Shown here: positions 38,331 through 50,899 of the stretch, in pieces
Layout: each line of letters begins with the position of its first letter
Position numbering within the stretch: the stretch's first letter is position 1
From: Octopus bimaculoides
Taxonomy: Eukaryota
Assembly: GCF_001194135.2 (NCBI RefSeq)
Contig: NC_068985.1
Location: 123,849,753-123,913,752 of the forward strand
Direction of reading: 5' to 3'
Length of the DNA: 64,000 nt
Made by a program: the position numbers and the translations under genes
The notes under the pieces: generated by a model
Told to the model about the DNA's origin: nothing
Databases searched by the model: none
Seen by the model: the letters and a program-made list of their open reading frames with translations, nothing else

Positions 38331-39105
38331 TCCCCTAGAATAGTCGGAGGCCTTTTCTATTTCCTGTGTCGCCAACTCTATTTTCCTACTTTTTATTAGG
38401 AAGTTTTCGTCTACCTCAGAAGTGTGTTTCGCGCATTTTTAATTCTTCCAAAGATAAAATACGTTCTTCTTCTATCTACTTGACTGTATTGGCGAGCTCA
38501 TGAATGATAGATTTGCAAGTTTCAAGTATTAATTTTTGGCGCTAGTGGTGATGGTGTTGACTGGTGTTGACTGGTGCTTTGAAAAGACAATTTCAGTTGT
38601 TTTGTTTTTGTCTTACGTTGTTATTTTTGTTGTTGTTGCTGTCGTTTCGACTTTATTTTTCATTTTTTATTCTCCTTATCATTTTCTTTATTTCTGCTTT
38701 TGTCATTCTTTTCTTTTGCGTTGTTGTTGATATAAACTAATGTTGTTGTTGCTGTTTCAGTCGGCAATGTTAATAGTGATGGTCGTGCTTTGTTTTAAAG
38801 GTGGAAAGGCAGCGTCAAAACAGCTCTTCCAATACATTCCCTGAGATTTTGCTGAAAATTCGACAGCAGGCTTTCATGTTATTTTTAAATGAAAGTATAA
38901 ATGTCACAAAATATGCAGAGATTACACCCAGAAGTGGCGAAAGTTTCGCAAGGCCAGCTAAACTGAAAAGATATTGGTTGACTAAATAATAAAATGGTAC
39001 AGCAAAATCCAAAATTATCTCCTTCAATTCAAGACAAGAGAGTTCAGTAACAACATACGAGCTCAAAGGCGACATCTTTCTTTTCATAATAATAATAATA
39101 ATAAT

Positions 39106-39245
39106 GATATCACCATGTCACGCACATATGATTGTGATGCATGTGCCTGATGTACCCTTATTAGACGGGTAGTCATGATGGGTATATTGGGCTTCGTATA
39201 TTTCACCCCAGTGTCACTTTGATGGCATGCACTGCTCTCTCATTC
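39106..39245 (-). mobile_element. 140-bp insertion between two (AAT)n tracts
   Basis: Unique-looking segment (minus strand: gaatgagagagcagtgcatgccatcaaagtgacactgggg...) flanked by (AAT)n at 39086-39105 and 39246-39301. Confidence 0.5.
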
Positions 39246-39303
<58 letters not shown>

Positions 39304-39946
39304 TCAATGATAATGGTGGCATTGGTAGCGATTTCTATACATATTTCTGAGCGTAATTTGTATCTGGTATTGGAAAATTCCTGTAAATTCGACTTATTCT
39401 TCGAAATGCAAAAGGATTTGCACGATTGAGTGAAGTCCTCAAAACAAGGATTAAGCGGGAGAAGAAAAAATATAATATTCTCGATAAGTTCGTGTCACGT
39501 CCAAGAAAACTCACAATGAAATCCCTTTACAACGTTTTTTTTTTTTTATATATATATATCGATTCGCTGTGTTTCGTGTGGTGCAGCCAATGGACTGACT
39601 TTATTCCGTTTTCTGCAGATTTAAAATTACTTCTCTTCACTTTTTTTTTTCTGCTTGACTAACAAAACATTTTGTTGTTTTGCAAAGCAATGTACTGAAA
39701 AGGGTAAATTTTGTATTAATGATGTAAAGATGCGTTATAGAGTGTAAATGTGTGTAAGTATAAATATACACATATTAAAATATGTGTATATAGAAAGCTG
39801 AAATTTCGCAAACCGTCATTCCGAGTTTTTTGCACGATGTATACATACGTGTGCGTTGAACATACAAAATTATATGAATATACATAAGTATATGATTATG
39901 TTTATTTATCTATTTATCTATCTATATCTACACACACACAAACACA

Positions 39947-40251
39947 TGTTGTTGTTGTTGGCACTCCGTCGCTTACGACGTCGAAAGTTCCAGTTGATCT
40001 GATCAACGGAACAGCCTGCTCGTGAAATTAACGTGCAAGTGGCTGAGCACTCCACAGACACGTGTACCCTTAACGTAGTTCTCGGGGATACTCAGCGTGA
40101 CACAGTGTGACAAGGCTGACCCTTTGAATTACAGGCACAACAGAAACAGGAAGTAATCGTGAGAGAAAGTTGTGGTGAAAGAGTACAGCAGGGTTCGCCA
40201 CCATCCCCTGCCGGAGCCTCAATAAACACTCACAACGCCCGGTCAGGGAAT
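39947..40251 (-). mobile_element. SINE family C with a small internal deletion, cut by an N-gap
   Basis: High similarity to 2862-3200; lacks the gtggagctttaggtgttttcgctc segment. Confidence 0.9.
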
Positions 40252-40802
40252 NNNNNNNNNNNNNNNNNNNNNNNNNNNNNNNNNNNNNNNNNNNNNNNNN
40301 NNNNNNNNNNNNNNNNNNNNNNNNNNNNNNNNNNNNNNNNNNNNNNNNNNNNNNNNNNNNNNNNNNNNNNNNNNNNNNNNNNNNNNNNNNNNNNNNNNNN
40401 NNNNNNNNNNNNNNNNNNNNNNNNNNNNNNNNNNNNNNNNNNNNNNNNNNNNNNNNNNNNNNNNNNNNNNNNNNNNNNNNNNNNNNNNNNNNNNNNNNNN
40501 NNNNNNNNNNNNNNNNNNNNNNNNNNNNNNNNNNNNNNNNNNNNNNNNNNNNNNNNNNNNNNNNNNNNNNNNNNNNNNNNNNNNNNNNNNNNNNNNNNNN
40601 NNNNNNNNNNNNNNNNNNNNNNNNNNNNNNNNNNNNNNNNNNNNNNNNNNNNNNNNNNNNNNNNNNNNNNNNNNNNNNNNNNNNNNNNNNNNNNNNNNNN
40701 NNNNNNNNNNNNNNNNNNNNNNNNNNNNNNNNNNNNNNNNNNNNNNNNNNNNNNNNNNNNNNNNNNNNNNNNNNNNNNNNNNNNNNNNNNNNNNNNNNNN
40801 NN

Positions 40803-40845
<43 letters not shown>

Positions 40846-41057
40846 CTACCAGCGTCTGCGTAAGTGCTTAGGTATACAAGTATATATACATATGCATAAA
40901 TATATATAAAATAAATGCGACTAGGGTGTTAGAAAACACCTACAGTGCTAGAATTAAGAACTAAAACGCTTTAATACCGTAGTCAACGTACATGAATGAA
41001 AACATATACACTAACAGGGAGGGAACGGATTCGTCCGAAAGCTGCAGGACGAGAATT

Positions 41058-41108
41058 CTTAATAATGACGCGTCAGTTTCGGCAAATTTCGTCGCCTAAT
41101 CAGTTAAG
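41058..41108 (-). ncRNA. Type I hammerhead ribozyme motif, degenerate (G8>U; one stem III mismatch)
   Basis: CTTAA CTGATTA GGCGA CGAAAT TTGCC GAA ACTGA CGCG TCATT A TTAAG: stem I CTTAA/TTAAG, stem II GGCGA/TTGCC, stem III ACTGA/TCATT. Confidence 0.7.
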
Positions 41109-41613
41109 CCAGATTGATCTCAACTCATTCCGAACTCGCTCAGCCATTAGTATTTATATTTTCGTCATCCAAATAATTTGGATGATTTAGCGATTCGGTA
41201 ATGTGTATATATAAAATTAATATGAACAACAGCTTGCAATGTTTCACTGAAAAAGAGAATTACAAATGTTACCAAATGCGACTAGGGTGTTATAAAACAG
41301 CCACATTGCTAGAAATAAGAGCTAAAACGCTCAAATGTTGTAGTTAACGCACATGAATGAAAACAGGGATCATAATCATCCGAAAAGTGCCGGTCGAGAA
41401 TTCGTATTTCTAGCAATGCCAGATGATTTCTAACACCCTAGTCGCATTTAATGACATTTGTAATTCTCCTTTTTGGTGAAACATTGCAAACTGCTGCTCA
41501 TATTAATTTTATATATACACATTTGTGAATCGCTAAATTAGCCAATTATTTGGACGACGAAAACATCAATACAAATGGCGAAGCGAGTCCAGAAGGAACC
41601 CGGGTCATGCTGG

Positions 41614-41664
41614 CTTAACCGATGAGGCGATGGAAATTGCCGAAACTGACGCGTCAGCATTCAG
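41614..41664 (+). ncRNA. Type I hammerhead ribozyme motif, degenerate (U4>C; U16.1>C; one stem I mismatch)
   Basis: CTTAA CCGATGA GGCGA TGGAAA TTGCC GAA ACTGA CGCG TCAGC A TTCAG. Confidence 0.7.
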
Positions 41665-41856
41665 AATTCTTGACTGGCACTTTCGTATAATTATAATGTA
41701 TATGTTTTCATTCATGTGCATCAACTACAGCATTAGAGCGTTCTAGCTCTTATTTCTATTACTGTAGGTGTTTTGTAACACTCTAGTCGCTTCTAGGGAC
41801 ATTTGTATTTCTCCTTTTTGGTGAAACATTTCAAACTGCTGTTCATATTATATATA

Positions 41857-41965
<109 letters not shown>

Positions 41966-42769
41966 TTAGGGATAGATACATACATAGATGTTTTTATTAA
42001 CGCATATAATTTTGCATGCACACATTCATTCAAATATCTATGCAGACTGTGCATGCATATAACACTGATTGTTGCTTTTAGTTTGCCAAAACAACTTATA
42101 GCTAAACGAAAAGCTAATCTATAAGCAATATAGATTACCAAGCAAATCGATAAGAAGATATTTAGAAATAAATAAAAGATAAAAACGAGAACAAAACATT
42201 TCAAATGTGCATTCAAGTCATAATTCTAGATTCTTTCTTTTTAGAAAGTTGTTTATAAATGTATTATAACGGAAAAATGAAAGCCAGTTCCACCCTAGAA
42301 AATATTTATAAACTTGATCAAGCCAGTCACTGAAGTAAATACACATAAAATAGCCTTTTTTCTTTTTCGTCATTTTTTTTTTCAGATATAATAAAAATAT
42401 CTGAAGCCTTTTCGATATAGTTTTGTTGCTGTTTTCGTTGTTCAATCTTACTTTGGTGCTACAGACCTATGATCAAAGACGTTCTGGCATAGGCCAGTCC
42501 CGCTTTTCAAAAATTCAAAGCTGCATAATGCAGTGTACCCTTCGTTTTCTTCTAAAATACGGTGTAATACGAGGGAAATTTGTTTGATATAATTTTCAAC
42601 CCCGATGACTCTTTCTTCGTTGACTCGTGCCTTTCTTGATCTAGGCGTACTTACTCACCATTAAGAGGTTTGTGAACTATGAGAAAATATGTAAGTATAT
42701 GGGGAAGGGATGAAGAAAAGAAAAAGAGAAAATAACAAAATAAAATTAATCTTGGCCTTCAGAACGCAT

Positions 42770-42977
42770 TGGTTTCAATTTTGGCACAAAGCCATCAATT
42801 TCAGGGGAGAAGTAAGTCGATTACATCGACCCCAGGGCTCGACTGGTATTATTTAATCGACTCCAGCAGGATGAAAGGCACGATGGACCTCGGTGGAATT
42901 TGAAATCAGAACGTAGAAACAGAGGAAATGTCGCTAAGCATTTTTTCTCAGTGCTAACTATTCTGCCAGCTCGCCTT
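42770..42977 (-). mobile_element. SINE family B
   Basis: Reverse complement begins aaggcgagctggcagaatagttagcac and contains ttctgatttcaaattccaccgagg and ctggggtcgatgtaatcgact. Confidence 0.88.
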
Positions 42978-43569
42978 CTTAGAGGGGTTTATTATTAACA
43001 CTACCAGGCTACTGAAGACTAGGTGTTGGGATTCACCTATATCCCACTCATATCAATAATAGCTGCTAATTTTCTCTCTCAATGCTTCCTTTAACCTCCA
43101 TCACGCCAGATTGATAAGAAAAGAATTTACAATAAACACACACACACACAAACGTATATTTTGTGTGTATGTGTGCGTGTGAATTTCATGTTAACTGGGA
43201 TACGAACTTCTATATATACTTCAAGTGTGAGGTGTAAACAGCCACAACGACCAATTAATATACATAAATATCAATGATTCACTTAAAACATTTTTATCGG
43301 TCTTTTTTCTCTTATCATTTTTATTTCTTAGACACGTTATACTATACATTTTCATCTACCCAGCAACACCATTACGCTCAGATATCATGGTTATTAAAGT
43401 ACATTTAGTCCTAATCTCCAGTTGCCACCTACAATTAAATTTGTATCAGTTCTGTGGTCCATCATGGTTAGGAAAACCTCATAACAGTATTTAATTATGT
43501 TCAGATACGATCTCTTTAACAGTAGATTTTTCCATTATATACTCATATTTACTTCGCGCGTACATACGC

Positions 43570-43601
<32 letters not shown>

Positions 43602-43755
43602 GTGTATGTATGTATGTAAGTATGTATGTATGTATTCATGCATGTATATCAGTATATCTATTGGTACGTGTATATCTGCGCAACTGTCTTTTCAGCCACT
43701 AAGTGCAACATGTATTTGTGTAAGAGTACACATTTACATTACAAGAACAGACCAG

Positions 43756-43787
<32 letters not shown>

Positions 43788-43794
43788 ACCCCAC

Positions 43795-43870
<76 letters not shown>

Positions 43871-43967
43871 GTGTGTGTGTGTGTGTGTGTATGTTTATAT
43901 GTATGTATGTATATATATATATATGTATGTATGCATGTATATATTTTTATATATATATATATATATA

Positions 43968-44008
<41 letters not shown>

Positions 44009-44147
44009 TGAGAGCGAGAGAGAGAGAGCGAGAGAGCGAGAGCGAGAGAGCGAGAGCGAGAGAGAGAGAGCGAGAGAGAGAGAGAGAGATAGGGAGATAT
44101 AATTGTATATAGTACAATTTTACTTAATGGCACAGAAACTCCTATCC

Positions 44148-44213
44148 CTATATGCTGAAAGTAGATGCCGAATAGGTCCAACCACGTATTTGGAGTCTAC
44201 TTTCAGCATATAG
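44148..44213. other. 66-nt hairpin with a perfect 18-bp basal stem, inside a decayed ~120-bp palindrome
   Basis: ctatatgctgaaagtaga (44148-44165) pairs with tctactttcagcatatag (44196-44213); inner pairing ccgaata/tatttgg; 12-nt loop. Confidence 0.85.
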
Positions 44214-45270
44214 ATATGGCAGTTTGTGATAATTTAAGGGAATGAATATGCTATGCCTTTCATTGAGTGTTTGTGCAATTGTGTGAGATGGTCTGTGGTT
44301 TTATATAACAGAGTAAATTATATCTAAGCATTCATAGTCTTCATTAGCCAGAGACTTGCTAGAAATAGAAGCCAAATTTCCATCATATAGCGCTCTACCG
44401 TTCTTTTTAAAGAAGTAATGATGTAATTTTCTATATATAGTAAGCTCTAAAATAAAACAAGTAATGGTCATTTGATCATAAATTTGTTCTATCACGACTA
44501 AGCTGACAACTTTCATTCGCAATATATTTTTCATGATCTGACAGAAGAAATTCTGTTTATAGCCAATGGACTTTTGCCGGAATTACGGTAACCTTAGAAT
44601 AAATACGTATATAGTTATTTGATTGCACACACAGAGCAAAGTGTCAAAAGTCAGTTGATGATAAATATGGAAATACAGATAATAGTTAAGAAGAAAGTAA
44701 GGAACTGTCTTTTGCTCGTTTGTTTCTTTGCTTGATAGCCATTGCTGTTTAGAACTAAGTCATCCTTACCTGAGCCGATGTCTAATCAACAACATTCAAA
44801 ATATGATCATCTCATCTTAATTTCCGCCTCATCTAAAACTACATTATGTGAAGTGCCCTTCAGTTTCATAAACATAGTAGTGTGTGACCTGAAGAACAGT
44901 TGGTTACTATTTCTAGTATGTCTACAGACTACCTCCCTGGTTCATTAATCCTCAAATCTTCTTCAATGTTAGAGCACAGATGAAAGATGAATTTAGTTTC
45001 AATAGGATTTGAAGAGATATGTCTGATATTGTGACCTTGCTTCACTTCTAGATCAGCTAAACCGGCTTTTCTAGAGTTCAGTCTCTCAAACTAATGAACA
45101 AACATCTATGCCGAGTGCTAATTGCCAAAAGTCATGCTCTGCTGTCTTAAGAAACGAAGGTTACATTTATTTATCTGATCCATTACTTTTGAAAACAATA
45201 TGAGGTAATCATGGATGGAAAGTTATTGATTATAGGTATATTCAATCAGGGTGGACCTGGAGTTAACAAG

Positions 45271-45321
<51 letters not shown>

Positions 45322-47994
45322 AACAACAACAACTGTTCATAGGAAGAAGTAATGTTTTCTTTCAGGAAAATGGGAGATGATTTTTGAAGTATTCGGGGAT
45401 TTAAAAATGTATTTCTTGCAAATATGTCATAGGTAAAATATTTGTCATAGAAAAATATAGTGCTGATACTGATTCCACTGTATACATGTATTTTATATAA
45501 GCATATAAAATCCTATGTCTTTAATGTATGTATGTATGTATGTATGCATGTATGTATATGTATGCATGTATGTATGTATGTATGTATGTATCTATCTATC
45601 TATCTATTTACCTACCTACCTACCTACCTACCTACCTACCTACCTACCTACCAACTTTCCTACCTACCTACCTACTTACCTACCAACTTTCCTACCTATA
45701 TATAATTATCAGCAAGGAGAACAGAGTGACCAATTCGTTTTATTACAGTCTTACAATTGTTTCATCAATATTTTATCCGAAAAGTATTGCTATATTATTT
45801 TTATATAATACATGTAACAATAAATTATATCGGCATTATTATATCAGTAGCGCAAGGTTAAAACCCAAATGAAATGTATATATATATATACATACATACA
45901 CAAATATATAAATGCGCGCGTGCAAACACAGGCACACACGTATATACGATATAATTATAGCCGTCACTCATACTTGATGATAAATTATATATCAACTTGT
46001 ATCATATATTCGCAAACGGTCTTAGGTGTTCATGTAGTCGCATGAACAGATATTCTCTGGAGATAATTCTCACAAAGGAAATATGATCGTTGCTTCTTAA
46101 GTAAGCATTAGCTAGATATTTACAAGAAAGTCCTTAATTCCTTTCCTAATATCATTAGCGATGTATGTGTAGAGACATGATTCTAACCGGAAATAGAAAG
46201 TAGAGGTCACTAGTCGATACAGAAACTGGTTTCTAATATACAACTGGTTCTATAGTTAGTAAATCAGAATTAAATTCTTCCACGGTAATAGACATGCTTC
46301 CTTAATTCAGTATTAGACGAAGTTTTCCAAAGACAAAGGATGCAAATTTTGGTATGGAGATATATAAGTGAACGGTTTCCGTTTAATGAATCATAGGAAG
46401 CTAATAGCGACTGCTGTCATAAATAAACCAGCCTCTAAGTTAGTGAATCTAAGTGAGCGGTCGATGTAAATTAAAAGTTTCTGCTCCACAGAATACGTTA
46501 GTTATGTAAATTAAGATTTTATACAACAAAACGCCCTGAGTAACAAATTAAGATCAACAATTCTTGACTAATGAATCAAACTAAAATATCTTTGTTCTGA
46601 AATAATGACAGGTAGAGTGAGAGAATTTATTCTTTGCAACTTGAGGCTACACTTCCCTCTGCTTACGTATTCGTTGATCAATACACACTCTTTAGATCAA
46701 AGAATTTAAGATAAAAGTCTTTAGGGAAGTGAGCTGAGGAAGTAAAGTGAACTCGAAACCTCTTCGTACATTAAGAGTACATTCACTTTGAAAACTATTT
46801 TAACAACAATTTAAATATTTTTCTCATCTAGCCATTGATCTGTGAGCTTGCAAAATCGAGAATTAAGAAAATAATGTTTTTGATCATGCATCGGAGGTCT
46901 AATTAATTGAAATGAAAATACACGAGGTTCGCCCCAAGCGTTTTCACTCAGATTTAACAGGTGCAACTAATTCTGTTAACTTTTCCATATTAGCTATCGC
47001 TTAAAAATATAAATTGATCACAAATCCATTTCTGTCAAACATGGTTTCAGAAGCACAATGGCATCTAGTTATTGAGGCTTCCCTAAAATTTCCTACTTTT
47101 TTCACTCGCTAGCATTTCAAAAACACAGAAATCATCTCGTAAAGCAAAGTATAAACAAGAAAAGTATTTGTAAGCGATTTCACCTTCAGTGCTTTCAATT
47201 GAAAGCTAAAAGAACCTCAATAAAACTACTAGAAATATCCAGAGATCCTGACATCCAATGCGTTTGTTTCCTTCTAAAAGTCAAGAGTTACATCTTACTA
47301 TTTCTAACTTGCGGTGGCCGGTATGAACATCGGAAGAAAACATTTATACCACTAACCTAACTTCAGATTTAGTCGTCATTGCTTCCACCTACAAATGAAT
47401 GATCTTCTGTACCGACACTATAATTGAACCACTAAAAATATTAATTTTAGCATAAAATTAATGCAGTGAACATAATGCATGTAGTTAAAAAGTATTTATA
47501 CAGTTAAGAAAAGATAACATCAACTCAATGACTAATATTTTAATCATTTTCGCCTACACGGGCGATAACTCTGAACATGATTTACTCATATTAAACATTC
47601 TCACAGTATTTCCATAGGTAGTGATGAGAAAAACAGTAATTAAATATATAGTACTGAACGTGGCCAGGCGTGATTAGTTAACATATTTAATTGAATCCAC
47701 TCTGTTTACATCGTTTCTGAAAGTTCTCTATAATGAACTACTACATACCGTACCAGAGCATTTGGAATTATCCGTGCTCACTCTGGCAAAGTGAACATAT
47801 ACTTTTGATGCTACCGTCTCAATAATTGGTATAGATATTCAATTCTAGTAAACTTTGCGATTCATTCATCTATTAAATCTAATTCCTCCAACTGCTCGGT
47901 TCAACTCTTCTATGAAACTCCAATATGTTTTCTAAGCAAGCTAATATCCCATATTACTATGATCACAGTAGAAACAGTTTTAGAGATTTTGCTG

Positions 47995-48125
47995 CTTTTG
48001 GCTCAGGTCATTCCTGATCGAACAGAAATATAATTAAAGACATTCCAGTCCTGACCACCCCATCTTTTTTTCTTTCAAGCATACAATATCTGAAATTACA
48101 TTAACCAGCGGGTTCTCTTTAAGAT
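47995..48125 (+). repeat. Dispersed repeat family E (unclassified)
   Basis: ctcaggtca..cctgatcgaacaga..tat.at.aaag.cattccag.c.tgacca motif; related copies at ~42455-42550 (+) and ~49915-50020 (-). Confidence 0.4.
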
Positions 48126-48511
48126 ATGTGATTAAGCTATTATGCACCGTTTCAAGTATAATTGAACTCAGATTCAGTATAGATGCACCATCTCAAGTGT
48201 TTAACAAAGAAACTGTTACACATACATCGTAAAACAGGATGATATTTGGCCCTATTTATAACAATCTTAAACCGTGTTCTCATTGTTATATATGTTATGG
48301 CAATCTATTCTGTCTTGTAGGGAAGCGTATTGTTGATGATACATAGTAATGAGGTTGATTGAATAAACACTTTTTATTATCGATCACTGTAATATAAGTG
48401 ATGTCATAAGAGTTTACATATTAAAGCTAGCATTTGATATCTGTGCAGATAATCCGTAATGTTTCACCATTAAGGCGGACTAAGCAGCATATATTAAGAT
48501 TAGCTCATATA

Positions 48512-48551
48512 GAACGGGTGGTTCTGGTTACTAAACCAGAACCACCCGTTC
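48512..48551. other. Perfect 18-bp inverted repeat with a 4-nt loop
   Basis: gaacgggtggttctggtt-acta-aaccagaaccacccgttc. Confidence 0.9.
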
Positions 48552-48857
48552 GCCTATTCAATCAAAAACATGATACTCTACTGTTTTCTCTTTGTTTGTT
48601 TGTTTGTTTGTTTGTTTGTTTCTTTGTTTCTTTGTTTGTTTCTTTCTTTCTTTCTTTCTTTCTCTCCCTCTCTCTCCCTTCTCCCTCCTTCTCTGTCTCT
48701 CTGTCTGTGTCTGTCTGTCTCTCTCATTGTTGGCCAAAGTGACGTTAAAGCTATATATATATATATATATATNNNNNNNNNNNNNNNNNNNNNNNNNNNN
48801 NNNNNNNNNNNNNNNNNNNNNNNNNNNNNNNNNNNNNNNNNNNNNNNNNNNNNNNNN

Positions 48858-48905
<48 letters not shown>

Positions 48906-49100
48906 AACAGACAGACAGATAGACAGACAGACAGATAGATAGATAGATAGTCTAAATCAGATATATATCACGTTTCTTAAACTCAGTTGTCTTTTTAAGC
49001 TAAAAGTCTGTCACATATTTGTGATAGACACAATCTATTAACATCTATTTCGTGCCTCAGTAAAATGTCTTCCAGTATTCTCAAATCATCCAAACATTAA

Positions 49101-49510
49101 GGGTTAGAGCGTCAGACTCACAATCATACGGTAGTGAGTTCGATTCCCAGGCCGAGCTGTGTGTTGTGTTCTTGAACAAACCACTTTATTTCACATTGCT
49201 CCAGTTCACTCAGCTGTAGAAATAAGTTGCGACGTCACTGGTGCCAAGCTGTATTGGTTTTTGCCTTTCCCTTGGATAGCATCGGTGGTGTGGAGAGAGA
49301 AGGCTGGTATGCATAGGTGAATGCTGATCTTCCATAAACAACCTTGCCCAGACTTGTGCCTCGCCCAGACTTGTGCCTCGCCCAGACTTGTGCCTCGCCC
49401 AGACTTGTGCCTCGCCCAGACTTGTGCCTCGCCCAGACTTGTGCCTCGGAGGGGAACTTTCTCGGTGCAAGCTCATGGTCGTTCATGGCCGAAGGGGGTC
49501 TTTACCCTTT
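49101..49510 (+). mobile_element. tRNA-derived SINE family D containing a 17-bp x6 expansion
   Basis: Head gggttagagcgtcagactc...gagttcgattcccagg (B-box), core gtgttgtgttcttgaacaa..cactttatttcac.ttgctccagttcactcagctg, and a (tttacc)-type end. Confidence 0.8.
49346..49447. repeat. Six perfect copies of GCCCAGACTTGTGCCTC
   Basis: Units start at 49346, 49363, 49380, 49397, 49414 and 49431. Confidence 0.97.
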
Positions 49511-50534
49511 AGTATCATCACCGTTATATTTCCAAAATTAAATAATAATAATACTTTACGAATTGTTAATGGGAATTTCTTCTTTTGAAAGAAAGACTAT
49601 TACATGTGAATGTGGAGGAAAGTGTAATTGTGTGAAATCAAGTTCAGTGCATTGCTGATACTTACTGAAGGTACTACGGGTGAGTACAGGCCCATCCTGG
49701 TAATCTTTGTGCCCAGAGTATAAAAGGACAATATAACCGCTGTAAATCAGTTGTTCCTCATATTCTTATTGATTTTTATACTGAATCACTAAAATACGAA
49801 CCAGTTATGTCACCCATACGTGGTCGCATGACCGCCTAGAAAAAGCACCTATGCATTCCTCAAGTTGTACACAACACATTTCCTTAACATATTGAATGGA
49901 CAACTTGGCTACTGTAGTCAAAGGATACATGTAGTTAAAAACAGAAAAGGATATTCATGACTGAAATGCTGTTGATCATAGATGTGTTTTCGACTAACGT
50001 CAACTTGGAGCTAAACAACAAAATATACAACAAAAACAAAGTTGGCAACTACAACAACGACGTCGATACTTTTTGTTAAACGTCGTTATTTAAAGACAAT
50101 ATTTTCAACAATCGTTGGAATGAGGTAATTTATAAATGAATAAAAGAAATAGATTTCGTAGATAGATTACACGACAGTTACTGCTATAATTTCTTTATTA
50201 GACTAACATGTGTTATTGTCACAGTCAATGAACAACTGTTTTGAAAAACACAAGGACAATAACTATATGATTAAATTGTTAACGAAACAGTTATTCCTTC
50301 AGAAAGAAATTGAAGTGATATCAAAATCTGCGTATCTGACAGTTTCCTTTCATAAACTTAAATTAAATTGGTATATACACACAAATATATACATAGATGT
50401 TTGCATGCATGCATACATACGTGCATACATGCATACATACGTAAATGCATACATACATACACGCATGCATACATATATACATACATACATCATATAATCA
50501 TATAAATGTACAAGCATACATATATGTATGCATC

Positions 50535-50593
<59 letters not shown>

Positions 50594-50858
50594 TATATAC
50601 TCACATACATACACACACACACATATATATATATACATGTGTGTGTGTGTGTGCATCTGTGTATATGTGTGTGGGTGAGTTTGTCTTTGTGAGCGTATAT
50701 TATGATAAATAAAAATAAATTTCACCTCTTTTACCACCTCACTCTCTCTCTATATATATGCATAAATATATATGTATATATACATACACATACATATATG
50801 TGTAGCTATATATACATACATACATACATACATATATATCTATCTATCTATCTATCTA

Positions 50859-50892
<34 letters not shown>

Positions 50893-50899
<7 letters not shown>

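Larger units (their letters stand above)
40913..41850. repeat. Inverted array of a ~345-360-bp repeat carrying hammerhead motifs (retrozyme/Penelope-derived)
   Basis: aaatgcgactagggtgtta recurs at 40913 and 41274. Its reverse complement recurs at 41431-41449 and, diverged, ending at 41793. Orientation flips at 41403/41404. Confidence 0.85.

Noticed and set aside
49346-49447. CRISPR-like direct repeats
   Set aside because: No spacers, eukaryotic context, and located inside a SINE.
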